From: Thermoplasmatales archaeon
GTDB taxonomy: Archaea > Thermoplasmatota > Thermoplasmata > Thermoplasmatales > GCA-001856825
Direction of reading: 5' to 3'
DNA length: 64,000 nucleotides
Assembly: GCA_038728965.1 (NCBI GenBank)
Contig: JAVYSX010000001.1
Span: forward strand, 30,586-94,585
Made by a program: the position numbers and the translations under genes. This document shows, in pieces, positions 1 through 10,448 of the stretch. How positions within the stretch are numbered: position 1 is the first letter of the stretch; each line of letters starts with the position of its first letter. The notes under the pieces were generated by a model. The model saw only the letters and a list, made by a program, of their open reading frames with translations. It had not been told where the DNA came from and did no database searches.

Positions 1-1
1 T

Positions 2-2281
2 GGGGACTTTAATGACTGTCTAAAGCTCGACAGCGAGGGTTTACTTATTAAAAGTGTAATGGCAGATGGAAAAGATGTAAATTACAAGGTGAGCGGCAAC
101 ACGCTCGAGATACCGTCTATAAAATCAGGTTCAGCTGTGATTTCATTTTCTGGAGTGGTCTCAAGCATTTCCCTGATGGGAATTCATGAGAGCAGGTACG
201 AAACAGGAAGAATTATTACAACTCAGATGGAGCCCACTGGAGCCAGGTCCGTTTTCCCCTGCATAGACAGACCTGATGCAAAGGCAAGGTTTCGGATAGA
301 GGTGGAGGTTGATTCTAGAGCTGAGGTTATAAGCAACACAAAACCATCTGTGAGAGAGCTAGGCGAAAACAGATCGCACTTCGTCTTTGAGGAGACCCCT
401 CCGATGTCTACCTACCTTGTTTACATTGGTATAGGAGATTTCGATACGATATCGAAGACAAAACAAGGCAGGACGATTACGGTAGCTACTTCTCCTGGTA
501 AGGCCAAAGAAGGCCGCTTCTCTCTCAACCTCCTACAACACCTCCTTCCAAGATATGAACGATATTACAAAATAAAATATCCATTCGACAAAGTGCATCT
601 AATAGCACTACCTCAGTTTGGTGCGGGTGCTATGGAAAATTGGGGTGCAATAACGTTTAGGGAGCTAGCCCTACTCTACAACGATTCTGTAAGTTTTAGC
701 CAGAAGAAAGGAATAGCCTACACAGTTTCCCATGAGTTCGCTCATCAGTGGTTTGGAGACCTAGTCACTATGAAATGGTGGGACGATCTTTGGTTGAACG
801 AGTCTTTCGCGACTTTTGTTGGGTACAAGATTCTTTCCAAAATATATCCGGAATGGGGACTCTGGCAGGATTTCTTGAGGCAGGAGACCTTGCCTTCAAT
901 GTCCAAGGATAGTCTCCTCAGCACTCATCCAGTAAGGGCGACAGTCAAGAGCCCAGACGAGATATCTGAGATATTCGACGAGATAAGCTACGGAAAGGGT
1001 GCCTCGGTGCTGCGAATGATAGAGGAGTTCATCGGTGAGGAAAGATTCAAGGAGGGAGTTTACAGATACCTAAAGCGCTTTGAGTATTCGAATGCAACAT
1101 CAGAGGATCTCTGGAATTCTCTCTCTCAGGTTAGCGGAAAAGACATCTCTTCACTGATGAAATCCTGGCTAAACAGGGAAGGACTTCCCGTGGTTACAGT
1201 ATCTCCGGAAAACGGCTTCATAAAGGTATCACAAAAAAGATTCACCTACAGAGAGAATGATGATGGATACCTTTGGGAGGTTCCACTGTTCATAAAAAGC
1301 AATAAAAGAATGCGCAAACTGCTCTTAAAGGAGAAGGAAAGAAAAATCAGAGTCGGTTCTGATGTGATGTTTGATCCGAGGGCATCCGGTTACTACAGGC
1401 TTCTGTTTAAGGGCGACCTTCTTGGTAAGATGGTAGCCTCAGATCCCTCCCCCGAATTCCTTGGAAAACTTATAGATGATTATTATGCGTTTCTCCTTTC
1501 TGGGGAGATAGATCTCAGCGATCTTTCCGCTTTAGTTTCTTCCCTTAGGAACAGAGATGAGTATACACTCGTCCTGAGACTAGGAGATGTTTTAGAACAA
1601 CTCGCTCAAATTGTACCGACGGAAGATATCATCTCGACTGCATCTTCCTATCATAGGGAGAAATTGGAACGATTCAGCAAGAACGAGGATGAGAATTCGA
1701 AAGTTGTAGTTGACAACTTCTCAACAGCTCTCGCAATCATCGATCCCAAATTTAGAGAGAGCGAAAAGGTGAAGTTGGATGATTTCAAGAATGTTCCTGC
1801 AGAGAAGAGAATGTCCGTATTGATATCTGCAGCGATGAGCAACTACCAGAAAGACAGGTTGTGGGATATGCTGAGGTCTCCGGAAAATGACGTGGAGTCT
1901 TCAAGGGTCATGTTTGCTATGGGTATGTTTCCGGATCCATCGGCGGTAACTGAATTCCTGAATTTTGCTGTATCAAGAACAGAGATGAGGGGTAACCTGA
2001 TATATGCGTTAGGGGGTTCCGTAATTAACAGAAATTTCCGTGCTGAAATTTGGAAATGGCTCCCGCAAAACCTCAACACGATACGGGAAATATACAAAGG
2101 AAGCAGTTCTATTTCTCGTCTAATGGAGCTAGCAATATCTATTGACGGTATTGGTCACGAACAGGAAGTTGATGCCTTTCTCAGATCAAACAGTATTCCG
2201 GAGGCATCGGCAGGCATAAAAAATGGTCTAGAGAAATTAGAAATAAATGAAAAACTCATTGCAAGGATCACAAGAAAATGA
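2..2281 (+). CDS. M1-family zinc aminopeptidase (tricorn-interacting factor F2/F3-like), 5' end probably cut by the window edge
   Basis: The frame is open from nt 2 up to the tracked ATG at 59 (GDFNDCLKLDSEGLLIKSV precedes MADGK). GAMEN motif (GAGAMENWG). HEXXH-X18-E zinc site (HEFAHQWFGD...WLNESFATF). Confidence 0.9.
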   Translation, partial: GDFNDCLKLDSEGLLIKSVMADGKDVNYKVSGNTLEIPSIKSGSAVISFSGVVSSISLMGIHESRYETGRIITTQMEPTGARSVFPCIDRPDAKARFRIEVEVDSRAEVISNTKPSVRELGENRSHFVFEETPPMSTYLVYIGIGDFDTISKTKQGRTITVATSPGKAKEGRFSLNLLQHLLPRYERYYKIKYPFDKVHLIALPQFGAGAMENWGAITFRELALLYNDSVSFSQKKGIAYTVSHEFAHQWFGDLVTMKWWDDLWLNESFATFVGYKILSKIYPEWGLWQDFLRQETLPSMSKDSLLSTHPVRATVKSPDEISEIFDEISYGKGASVLRMIEEFIGEERFKEGVYRYLKRFEYSNATSEDLWNSLSQVSGKDISSLMKSWLNREGLPVVTVSPENGFIKVSQKRFTYRENDDGYLWEVPLFIKSNKRMRKLLLKEKERKIRVGSDVMFDPRASGYYRLLFKGDLLGKMVASDPSPEFLGKLIDDYYAFLLSGEIDLSDLSALVSSLRNRDEYTLVLRLGDVLEQLAQIVPTEDIISTASSYHREKLERFSKNEDENSKVVVDNFSTALAIIDPKFRESEKVKLDDFKNVPAEKRMSVLISAAMSNYQKDRLWDMLRSPENDVESSRVMFAMGMFPDPSAVTEFLNFAVSRTEMRGNLIYALGGSVINRNFRAEIWKWLPQNLNTIREIYKGSSSISRLMELAISIDGIGHEQEVDAFLRSNSIPEASAGIKNGLEKLEINEKLIARITRK

Positions 2282-2316
2282 ATTTATAATTTCCCTTAAT
2301 ACTGGGTAGATGAATA

Positions 2317-3417
2317 ATGAACCTCTACGAATATCAGGCAAAAGATCTGTTTAGAAAATTTGGAATTCCTGTCCCTGAGGGTTCTTATTTTGAATCCGCA
2401 GAGCAGCTCAGGTGGAGTAAATTTCCTGTAGTTATAAAGGCCCAGGTACTCACTGGCGGAAGGGGAAAGGCAGGTGGCATAAAATTCGCATCAGATGGGA
2501 GCGAACTAGTCCAGAAGGGGAAGGAGATACTAGGAATGACTATAAAAGGGTTCAAGGTCAAGGGTATTTTGCTTGAAGAAAAACTGGACATAGCAAGGGA
2601 ATTATATGTTTCCATAACCCTTGACAGAAGCAGGAAAGAACCCTTGATAATGGCCTCGAGGTCTGGCGGTGTAGAAATAGAAGAAGTTCCCGATTCTGAA
2701 ATAGTGAAATACTGGATTGACCCTGTTCTGGGTTACTCCAGTTTCATCGGCAGGGGAATGGCCGCAAAACTGAAACTCGACCAGAATGAGGGGAAGCAGT
2801 TTCAGGATATTTTACAGAAAATGTATTCACTATACAACCGGTATGATTGTGAACTTGTTGAAATCAACCCACTAACTGTCTTGAAAGATGGGAGGATTGT
2901 TGCGGGCGATGCGAAGGTCATAGTTGATTCAGACTCCCTATTCAGACACGGTGATATACCTGATAATCCCGCAGATATGACAAAATTAGAGCAACTGGCC
3001 CACTCCAGGGGCTATTCCCTTGTAGAGCTTGATGGTCACATTGGAGTAATAGCAAATGGAGCTGGGCTGACAATGGCTACCCTAGACGGTCTTACCCTCA
3101 AGGGGTTAAAACCGCGGAATTTCTTAGATCTTGGCGGGACAGATGATGTCGAGAAGGTAGTGGGAGCATTCGAAATTCTTAAGGAAGCTGATATAGTTGC
3201 ATTATTCATAAACATATTTGGCGGTGTTACCAGATGCGACACTGTTGCCAAAGGGATAGTGGAAGCGAAGAAGAGAGTAGGATTTTCAGCGCCAATAGTG
3301 GTAAGGTTATCAGGAGTCAACGAGGATATTGGAAGGCAGATACTTAAGGAAAACGGGATTGCAGCGTTTTCGAACATGATGCAGGCGATCGAAGATATTG
3401 GAAGGGTGGTGAAATAG
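2317..3417 (+). CDS. sucC: succinyl-CoA synthetase beta subunit (ATP-grasp)
   Basis: N-terminus MNLYEYQAKDLFRKFGIPVP is typical of SucC. 366 aa. Directly followed by sucD. Confidence 0.92.
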   Translation: MNLYEYQAKDLFRKFGIPVPEGSYFESAEQLRWSKFPVVIKAQVLTGGRGKAGGIKFASDGSELVQKGKEILGMTIKGFKVKGILLEEKLDIARELYVSITLDRSRKEPLIMASRSGGVEIEEVPDSEIVKYWIDPVLGYSSFIGRGMAAKLKLDQNEGKQFQDILQKMYSLYNRYDCELVEINPLTVLKDGRIVAGDAKVIVDSDSLFRHGDIPDNPADMTKLEQLAHSRGYSLVELDGHIGVIANGAGLTMATLDGLTLKGLKPRNFLDLGGTDDVEKVVGAFEILKEADIVALFINIFGGVTRCDTVAKGIVEAKKRVGFSAPIVVRLSGVNEDIGRQILKENGIAAFSNMMQAIEDIGRVVK

Positions 3418-4284
3418 TTGGGAATTATAGTCGGCGAGGACACAAGGATAATTGTACAAGGAATAACGGGACATCAGGGTTCGTTTAATTCCGTACAGAT
3501 GCAGAAATTCGGCTCGAAAGTCGTTGCCGGTACATCTCCAGGAAAGGGTGGAACGGAGGTCAACGGAATAAAGGTATACAACTCTGTTGAAGAAGCGATG
3601 GTCGAGGAGCCTAACGCGACCTTCATATCCGTCGCGGCGCCTTACGTTCTCGACGCCGCCATGGAAGCGCTTTATAGCGGCCTGAATTTAATTTACATAC
3701 TTACAGAAAAGGTGCCTTATCAGGATACAATGAAGATCGTTAGTCTTGCAAAAAAGATGGGAAGAATAGTTCTTGGACCCAACGGACCTGGGGCTACAAC
3801 TCCCTTCACATGCAAGCTGGGTATCATGCCTAACCAAATATTTAGGGAGGGGGAGATAGGCGTCATTTCGAGGAGCGGAACTCTGACGTACGAAATAGTG
3901 AACCTTATTACGGAAAGCGGGCTAGGTGAAAGTACTGTCGTTGGCCTAGGCGGGGATCCGGTAACTGGGCTGAGCTTCATAGATGTCCTCGAAAGATTCA
4001 AGAGCGACGAAGACACAAGAGCCGTGGTACTGGTAGGAGAGATAGGTGGGACAGCAGAGGAGGAGGCTGCGGACTATATAAAGAATAATTTCAACAAGCC
4101 CGTGGTCGCATATATTACCGGAAGGAGCGCGCCACCTGGGAAGAGGATGGGTCACGCAGGAGCCATAATAACGAGGGGTAGGGGTACGGCCGAATCGAAA
4201 GTTAGGGCGCTTGAAGACGCCGGGGTACTGGTTGGCTCTTACCCCTATGAGATCCCAAAGCTTCTGAAGGAGGTGCTGAAATGA
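3418..4284 (+). CDS. sucD: succinyl-CoA synthetase alpha subunit
   Basis: TTG start abuts the sucC stop. Motifs IIVQGITGHQGSF, SRSGTLTYE and phosphohistidine loop MGHAGAII. Confidence 0.92.
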   Translation: MGIIVGEDTRIIVQGITGHQGSFNSVQMQKFGSKVVAGTSPGKGGTEVNGIKVYNSVEEAMVEEPNATFISVAAPYVLDAAMEALYSGLNLIYILTEKVPYQDTMKIVSLAKKMGRIVLGPNGPGATTPFTCKLGIMPNQIFREGEIGVISRSGTLTYEIVNLITESGLGESTVVGLGGDPVTGLSFIDVLERFKSDEDTRAVVLVGEIGGTAEEEAADYIKNNFNKPVVAYITGRSAPPGKRMGHAGAIITRGRGTAESKVRALEDAGVLVGSYPYEIPKLLKEVLK

Positions 4285-5204
4285 AGAGGGATATCATTTC
4301 CGTCCTTGACATGAAGGACGATTTCAAGGATTTTATCGACGAGGGTCTGAGACTAAAACAGTCCTTCAAATCCGGAAAAAAGGATTCCTCACTTGAGGGG
4401 AAAACGCTTGCGATGATATTCGAGAAACCGTCAACGAGGACAAGGGTCAGCTTCGAAACAGCCATGACACAACTTGGAGGCCACGCGATATACCTTTCCC
4501 CGCGGGACATGCAGATGGGTCGGGGAGAAACTATAGCAGATACGGCAAGGGTACTTTCGAGGATGGTTGACTCCATCCTCTACAGGGCTTTCAAGCACGA
4601 GAATGTCGTTGAGCTGGCCGAGAATTCAACTGTTTCCGTCATTAACGGGCTGGACGATGTTGAGCATCCCACACAGATCGTGGCTGACTTCATGACTATT
4701 AAGGAGAAGAGGAAGAAACTTGAGGGACTCAAAATAGCTTTTGTGGGGGACGGAAATAACACAGCAAACTCTTTAATGCTCGCGTCTTCGATCGTCGGGG
4801 CCGACTTCTGGATCGCAACGCCAGAAGGTTACGAACCAAGCAGGAAATTCGTTGATCAGGCTGTCGCAATAGCTAGGGCTCATAAGTCTGAGGTAGTCGT
4901 GACTAATAATTTCAAGGAGGCAGTTGCAGGAGCAGACGTTGTCTATACTGATGTCTGGATTTCCATGGGGGAGGAGAAGGAGGAAAAGGAGAGGATCAAA
5001 GCATTCAAACCTTATCAAGTGAATAAAAAGATGGTTTCGATCGCCAAGAAGGACTACATTTTCATGCATTGCCTTCCGGCCCATCGTGGACTTGAGGTCA
5101 CAAGTGACGTGGCAGATTCTCCTAACAGTGTGATATTCGATGAGGCCGAAAATAGGCTTCACGCGGAGAAAATAATACTGAAGAAAGTCATGGAGGGCTC
5201 TTGA
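4281..5204 (+). CDS. argF: ornithine carbamoyltransferase
   Basis: STRTRVSFE carbamoyl-phosphate motif, HPTQ, DVWISMG and HCLPAHRG. ATGA overlap with the sucD stop. Confidence 0.88.
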   Translation: MKRDIISVLDMKDDFKDFIDEGLRLKQSFKSGKKDSSLEGKTLAMIFEKPSTRTRVSFETAMTQLGGHAIYLSPRDMQMGRGETIADTARVLSRMVDSILYRAFKHENVVELAENSTVSVINGLDDVEHPTQIVADFMTIKEKRKKLEGLKIAFVGDGNNTANSLMLASSIVGADFWIATPEGYEPSRKFVDQAVAIARAHKSEVVVTNNFKEAVAGADVVYTDVWISMGEEKEEKERIKAFKPYQVNKKMVSIAKKDYIFMHCLPAHRGLEVTSDVADSPNSVIFDEAENRLHAEKIILKKVMEGS

Positions 5205-5249
5205 TTTTTGTTCCACAACATATTTAAATGATGATATACTCAAAAAACA

Positions 5250-5522
5250 ATGACAAACGGGATATACCAAAGACTAAGAAGGGAAGGGGATTATGTTCCC
5301 CGTTTCCTTATAAAGCTTTGGCAAATTAGGATCAAGGAAAAATTCGGACTCGAAGTTGACAGTGACGTAGCTGAGGTGATAGTAAAGATCGTTCACGAAA
5401 GGAGCACCTGGAAGGTGACAAGGGCAGAGAAATACATAACCACGTTACTCAAGATGAAGGGCGAATCCAAGGAGGAAGCCGAGAAGGAAGCCCGCGAACT
5501 GGTGAAGACAGTTTTGGAATGA
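5250..5522 (+). CDS. hypothetical small basic/acidic protein (90 aa)
   Basis: Only an ORF in an intergenic-free context. No motif recognised. Confidence 0.4.
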   Translation: MTNGIYQRLRREGDYVPRFLIKLWQIRIKEKFGLEVDSDVAEVIVKIVHERSTWKVTRAEKYITTLLKMKGESKEEAEKEARELVKTVLE

Positions 5523-5541
5523 AGCTGAATAGCCTGAAAGA

Positions 5542-6156
5542 ATGAACTTAGTGCACAATATAAAAAAAAGCAATCTAGAATTGCTTCTATCCAACCTGAA
5601 AACACCTGAAAACTATAACATTGAACTTGAACAGTACAACACACCACCACTAGTCGCATCAACGATCCTTTTCAGGGCGGCTCAGGAGGGAAACATCGTA
5701 GAGATGGAAGTGGCAGATCTCGGCTGCGGGAACGGAATATTCTCAATCGGTGCAGCTATCCTAGGTGCAGCAAAAGTGTATGCAATTGACAGAGATCAAA
5801 GAATGATCGACCTGGCCAAGAGGAACGCAGAAATGATGGATGTGAAGATTGAATTCGTTAATTCCGATGTTTCAGACTTCAGTACTGGAGTAGATACCAT
5901 GATATTAAATCCACCATTCGGAAGCCACAGGAGAGGGCTGGATATACCATTCATTGAATCTGCTATTAAATTGTCTAAACATTTTTATATTATCCTTGAT
6001 TACAACTCAGGTGATTTTTTGAGTAAATTTATCAAGAACAGGGGAACTGTAGTGTGGGAGGAAAAGAGCTTTATCGAGATTCCAAAGATCTACAGATTTC
6101 ACAGGAAGGAAAAAACCCTAATTCCAGTAAGGATTTCACGGGTTGATACAAGGTGA
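5542..6156 (+). CDS. SAM-dependent methyltransferase, N6-adenine/METTL5-like (NPPF type)
   Basis: SAM-binding DLGCGNGIFSIGA and catalytic NPPFG motif. Coupled to csl4 by a GTGA overlap. Confidence 0.75.
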   Translation: MNLVHNIKKSNLELLLSNLKTPENYNIELEQYNTPPLVASTILFRAAQEGNIVEMEVADLGCGNGIFSIGAAILGAAKVYAIDRDQRMIDLAKRNAEMMDVKIEFVNSDVSDFSTGVDTMILNPPFGSHRRGLDIPFIESAIKLSKHFYIILDYNSGDFLSKFIKNRGTVVWEEKSFIEIPKIYRFHRKEKTLIPVRISRVDTR

Positions 6157-6734
6157 ACAAATTAGTATTTCCAGGAGAGTACCTCGGAACAGAGGAGGAA
6201 TACATACCAGGATCAGGAACATATCTCGACGAGGGGCGCATATACTCAGCGTCTGCTGGCAGAGTGAGTATTGGAGCTGACTTTAGAATTACGGTTGTAA
6301 CCGGAAATGAAGACATGACACCGCAGCAGGGTGACGAGATAATAGGTGTCGTAACTGAGATCAATGACCCCCTGGTGGTTGTTTCTGGTGAATACATTAT
6401 AAGAAAGGGACTTGTATATGAAACCAAGAGTAGGGTTCTTGTTCACGCAAGCAGAATCGTTGGACAGTACCTAGACACTTGCTCCAAGGTCATCAAGGTG
6501 AGAGATGTAATAATGGGAAAAGTTATTTCCACTAGAGGAAAGATAGACCTGACTTTGGAAAATCCAGACTACGGGGTAATATACGCATACTGCTCGAAGT
6601 GCAGAAGGCCTCTAGAAAGAATTAATAGCGAACTTTACTGTACCTACTGTCAGAAGAGCGAACTGAGAAAGGTCTCCAGAAGATACGGTGAGATCCCCAA
6701 GGGGTGTGTGGTAAATGAAAATAGACGAAAATGA
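6153..6734 (+). CDS. csl4: exosome complex RNA-binding subunit Csl4
   Basis: S1-like central region plus C-terminal zinc ribbon (CSKCRRPL...YCTYCQ). Size and the neighbouring methyltransferase are typical of archaeal Csl4 loci. Confidence 0.7.
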   Translation: MNKLVFPGEYLGTEEEYIPGSGTYLDEGRIYSASAGRVSIGADFRITVVTGNEDMTPQQGDEIIGVVTEINDPLVVVSGEYIIRKGLVYETKSRVLVHASRIVGQYLDTCSKVIKVRDVIMGKVISTRGKIDLTLENPDYGVIYAYCSKCRRPLERINSELYCTYCQKSELRKVSRRYGEIPKGCVVNENRRK

Positions 6735-6876
6735 TGATAGGATGAGGGTAGAAAAGCTGGACCTGGAAGTGCGTAACCTGAGAAAGGAAGTGGAGAACAT
6801 GAAGACGATTCTCAGGGGTCTGCTCCAGGTAGTGATGGAGAATGAGGAAGAGGACGATTACTATGAGTACACTTAG
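6715..6876 (+). CDS. candidate 53-aa coiled-coil micro-protein (below the ORF-track size cutoff)
   Basis: ATG at 6715 is preceded by GGGGTG about 9 nt upstream. Translation is MKIDENDDRMRVEKLDLEVRNLRKEVENMKTILRGLLQVVMENEEEDDYYEYT. It fills the csl4-lsm gap and overlaps the csl4 3' end by 20 nt. Confidence 0.3.
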   Translation: MKIDENDDRMRVEKLDLEVRNLRKEVENMKTILRGLLQVVMENEEEDDYYEYT

Positions 6877-6886
6877 GTGAACAAAT

Positions 6887-7102
6887 ATGGCAGTTCCGAT
6901 GGCTGTTATGCAATCGATGATCCAGAAACAGGTATCCTTGCTGCTAAAGGATAACACTGTGCTGGAGGGTGTTTTAGAAAGCTATGACGATTATATGAAT
7001 ATGGTGATATCAAGCACTGAAGAGATCAGTGAAAATAACAGGAGGAAACTCGGTACGGTAATATTAAGGGGAAGTAATGTTGTGAGGATTTCCCAGAAGT
7101 AA
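6887..7102 (+). CDS. archaeal Sm-like (LSm/SmAP) protein
   Basis: Sm1 (LLLKDNTVLEGVLESYDDYMNMVI) and Sm2 (LGTVILRGSNVVRI) motifs. 71 aa. Confidence 0.88.
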   Translation: MAVPMAVMQSMIQKQVSLLLKDNTVLEGVLESYDDYMNMVISSTEEISENNRRKLGTVILRGSNVVRISQK

Positions 7103-7113
7103 AAAAGTAAAGA

Positions 7114-8685
7114 ATGATAGTTTTAGGCATTGAAAGTACTGCACATACTGCGTCAGTCGGGATTGTAGAAGGAGGTAAAATAATCGATTTCAAATCTGAC
7201 TCGTACAGGCCAGAAAAAGGTGGGATAAACCCGAGAGAGGCAGCAACACATCACATGAGGTCATTCCCGAAAATCCTGACATCACTGCTGGAAAAGAATA
7301 AGATGGACATCAGGGATATCGATAGGGTGGCGGTTGCAACTGGTCCGGGTCTAGGCCCTGCTCTCAAGACTGGCGTGGAACTGGCAAGGTACATTTCGAT
7401 AAGGTATGGCAAGGGTATTGTCCCTGTTAACCACGGTGTCGCTCACCTCGAAGTTGCCAGAAGCATGTCAGGCTTCAGGAACCCTCTCTTTCTATATGTA
7501 TCGGGGGGCAACACGCAGATCGAAATTATAGGGAACGGGAAGTATTCAATCCTCGGAGAGACACTCGACATAGGAGTGGGGAATTTCCTTGACAAACTCG
7601 CAAGGGACATGGGGATTCCGTTCCCAGGTGCTCCAAAGCTTGAACACCTAGCTTTAAAGGGCAGAGAGATCTTCGATTCTCCATATACAATAAGGGGGAT
7701 GGATGTCGCATACTCCGGTCTGTACACTCACCTAAGAAATTTGATCGGCAGGAAGGACGAAGGTGATATAGCCTTCAACGCGCAGGAATATGCGTTCACA
7801 GCACTGGCTGAGATAGTGGAAAGAGGAATGGCTCATTTTGGACTTGAAGAATTCACAATAACAGGTGGAGTTGCGAGGAACAGAAGGCTAAGGCAGATTC
7901 TCCAAGAAATGGCTCAGCATAGAGGTTATTCCTACTTTTTCCCAGAAGATAAATTTCTTTCCGATAATGGTGGCATGATTGCACTTGCAGGTTTTTTTTC
8001 TTCTAGTACGGTCAAGGCAGATAGGATAACAGCGGACCAATACGAGAGGGTCGACTCCTACAAAGCAAACTGGATTGGTAAGAGAAATGTTACCCCTAAG
8101 TCTATGAAAGGGGGAGAAAGTGTCGTCAAAAGGATCAGATTCCAAGGATTCGACTGCATCCTAAAGATTAGAAGGGGCAGGGATTACAGAAATCCAGATT
8201 TGGACAGAATGATTAACAGATCGAGGGTCAGGAGGGAGGTGAAAATTCTCCATGCGATCAGGGAAGCAGGAATAAATGCGCCTGTTGTTCTTTATGTGAA
8301 CCTTCAGGAGGCAACCCTTATTATGACAAGAATCAAGGGAATCCCCTTGAGTCTGCTTCTTAACACGTCGGAATTTGATGGCCTTGTGGAAGAGTCAGGA
8401 AGGGTTGTAGCAAGAATGCACCTTGCTGGGATCAGCCACGGCGACCTGAATGCAGGAAATATCTTAGTCAATGGGGGGATAAATATAATAGACCCGTCCA
8501 TGGGAAGCACGTCCCCAACGATGGAGGATTTTGGGGTCGACGTTCATCTGATGAAGGAATCGTTAACTTCCCTTGGGATGAGTAAATCTTTTAACAGGTT
8601 CCTTTCCGGATACAAAGAATTTTCTAAATACGATGAGGTCCTTGACAAGGTTAGAGAGATTGAAGGGAGGAGGAGGTACGTATGA
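7114..8685 (+). CDS. kae1: Kae1-Bud32 fusion protein (tRNA t6A threonylcarbamoyl transferase fused to Bud32 kinase)
   Basis: N-terminal half has GIESTAHTASVGIV and VNHGVAHLE (ASKHA/Kae1). C-terminal half has the kinase catalytic loop HGDLNAGNILV and REVKIL. Confidence 0.88.
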   Translation: MIVLGIESTAHTASVGIVEGGKIIDFKSDSYRPEKGGINPREAATHHMRSFPKILTSLLEKNKMDIRDIDRVAVATGPGLGPALKTGVELARYISIRYGKGIVPVNHGVAHLEVARSMSGFRNPLFLYVSGGNTQIEIIGNGKYSILGETLDIGVGNFLDKLARDMGIPFPGAPKLEHLALKGREIFDSPYTIRGMDVAYSGLYTHLRNLIGRKDEGDIAFNAQEYAFTALAEIVERGMAHFGLEEFTITGGVARNRRLRQILQEMAQHRGYSYFFPEDKFLSDNGGMIALAGFFSSSTVKADRITADQYERVDSYKANWIGKRNVTPKSMKGGESVVKRIRFQGFDCILKIRRGRDYRNPDLDRMINRSRVRREVKILHAIREAGINAPVVLYVNLQEATLIMTRIKGIPLSLLLNTSEFDGLVEESGRVVARMHLAGISHGDLNAGNILVNGGINIIDPSMGSTSPTMEDFGVDVHLMKESLTSLGMSKSFNRFLSGYKEFSKYDEVLDKVREIEGRRRYV

Positions 8686-9230
8686 TTTTGATAACTTCAA
8701 ATATGGGAAAATATGAAGAGTACAAATCCATATTCAGGGAAAACGATATCGACCTGGAATTGAAGCTAATGAGTTATCCAGAAGAACAGCTGAGCTCAAT
8801 AGAAGAGGTCGCCAGGAGGTCTTTGTGCTACTTAACCGGCATAATAAAAGACGATTTCTTTATAGACGATTCAGGAATATTCATAAATGCTACGAATGGG
8901 TTTCCAGGTGTATATTCATCCTACGTCTCGAAGACGATCGGAAATGAAGGTATATTAAAATTACTGCATGGAATGAAAGATAGGTCAGCTCAGTTCATGA
9001 CCTGTATAGCGTACTATGATGGAGATGCGCACACATTCCTGGGGATCAGGAATGGACGCATATCAGAGTCTATAAGAGGAAGTAATGGATTCGGCTTTGA
9101 TCCGATATTTATACCTGAAGGCAGCAAGAAAACATACGCTGAGATGTCCCTTAAAGAAAAGAACCTCATCTCTCATAGATCCGCAGCAGTTTCTCTCTTT
9201 ATCGATTTTATCAAGAAAAAGGACAAATAG
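8682..9230 (+). CDS. non-canonical purine NTP pyrophosphatase (HAM1/RdgB ITPase)
   Basis: DDSGIF, FGFDPIF and ISHRS motifs. ATGA-type overlap with kae1-bud32. Confidence 0.85.
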   Translation: MILITSNMGKYEEYKSIFRENDIDLELKLMSYPEEQLSSIEEVARRSLCYLTGIIKDDFFIDDSGIFINATNGFPGVYSSYVSKTIGNEGILKLLHGMKDRSAQFMTCIAYYDGDAHTFLGIRNGRISESIRGSNGFGFDPIFIPEGSKKTYAEMSLKEKNLISHRSAAVSLFIDFIKKKDK

Positions 9231-9250
9231 GAATTCAAAATCCCGTATCT

Positions 9251-9628
9251 GTGGAAAAAGGTAAATACAAGGAATTCAAAATACCCATCTCTCTAGTTTT
9301 CATAGCAGTATCATTATTCTTCTTCGTCCTAACCGTGATCTATTTTTTTGATCTCGCGATCCTTCCACTCGGGTTCCAAACACTCCTCGATTCTGCAGGG
9401 GGATGGTCATATTACATATTTGCAATTTCCCTAATCGTTCTGGTCTATTTCCTCTACCTATTTGTCTCAACTGTATGGCACAGGAGGAAATTCGAGGAAC
9501 TCATCGCCTCTGATAGCAAATCTGTTATAGTTAAGAATTTAAGGGATCTGGAATACATCGCTGGAAAATTGGGCCCCGGCTTTGTAAAAAGGTTGCAGGA
9601 GAAGAAGGAACAACTCAGGATAAAGTAG
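9251..9628 (+). CDS. hypothetical membrane protein (2 TM, GTG start)
   Basis: Two long hydrophobic segments followed by a basic tail. No motif recognised. Confidence 0.45.
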   Translation: MEKGKYKEFKIPISLVFIAVSLFFFVLTVIYFFDLAILPLGFQTLLDSAGGWSYYIFAISLIVLVYFLYLFVSTVWHRRKFEELIASDSKSVIVKNLRDLEYIAGKLGPGFVKRLQEKKEQLRIK

Positions 9629-10448
9629 TTTCCTCTTTCTCGTGCACTATTTTCTTCACGAATTCGGGAATATTGAACAGGGATGCGTAGACCTCTTCAT
9701 TCATGTACTGACCTGTGAATTTTCTATGCATCGATATCTCATAGTCTGACGCAATTACATACGACCACATTCCTGAGGGATAGGATGGAACGAATGAAAG
9801 ATACGGCTTCACGAACTTGAAATACTGGGAGAGACCCTTGTATGCTTTTTGCACGTAGCCGGGATTCATGAAAGGTGATCCACTCTGTGTAACTATGATC
9901 CCATCCTCTCTAAGGATTTTTCTTGCTTTCATATAGAACACCGACGAAAACAGGGACGCGGCAAAACCTATGGGATCCGTGGAGTCAACGATTATGACAT
10001 CGTATTTCCCAGCAGTATCAACAAACTCAAAGGCATCTTGGTTGAAGATTCTTACCCTATCGTCACCGAAGGATGAGGCAATAGCTGGGAGATGAGATTT
10101 TGAAACGGAGATTACATCCTCGTCTATCTCGACAACGTGAACATTTTTAACTGGGTGTTTCAAAACTTCCCTTGCAACGCCGCCATCCCCCCCACCGATG
10201 ATTAGGACATCCTTTGGGTCCCTGTGAGACATCATCGCCGGATGTGCAATCATCTCTTGGTACATGAATTCGTCCTTTTCCGTTATCATGAAGCACCCGT
10301 CAAGTGCTAGGACTTTGCCATAAAAGTCTGACTCGAATATATCTATCCTCTGGTACTTTGATTCCCCGGAAAAAAGATGCGACTTAATCCTCACACTGAA
10401 CTTAGTGTCTTCATTCTGCAGTTCCGAAAACCACAGCTCGGGCTTCAT
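9615..10448 (-). CDS. speE: spermidine synthase / polyamine aminopropyltransferase
   Basis: VLIIGGGDGG, VEID and IVDSTDP motifs. 277 aa. Confidence 0.9.
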   Translation of the reverse strand: MKPELWFSELQNEDTKFSVRIKSHLFSGESKYQRIDIFESDFYGKVLALDGCFMITEKDEFMYQEMIAHPAMMSHRDPKDVLIIGGGDGGVAREVLKHPVKNVHVVEIDEDVISVSKSHLPAIASSFGDDRVRIFNQDAFEFVDTAGKYDVIIVDSTDPIGFAASLFSSVFYMKARKILREDGIIVTQSGSPFMNPGYVQKAYKGLSQYFKFVKPYLSFVPSYPSGMWSYVIASDYEISMHRKFTGQYMNEEVYASLFNIPEFVKKIVHEKEETTLS

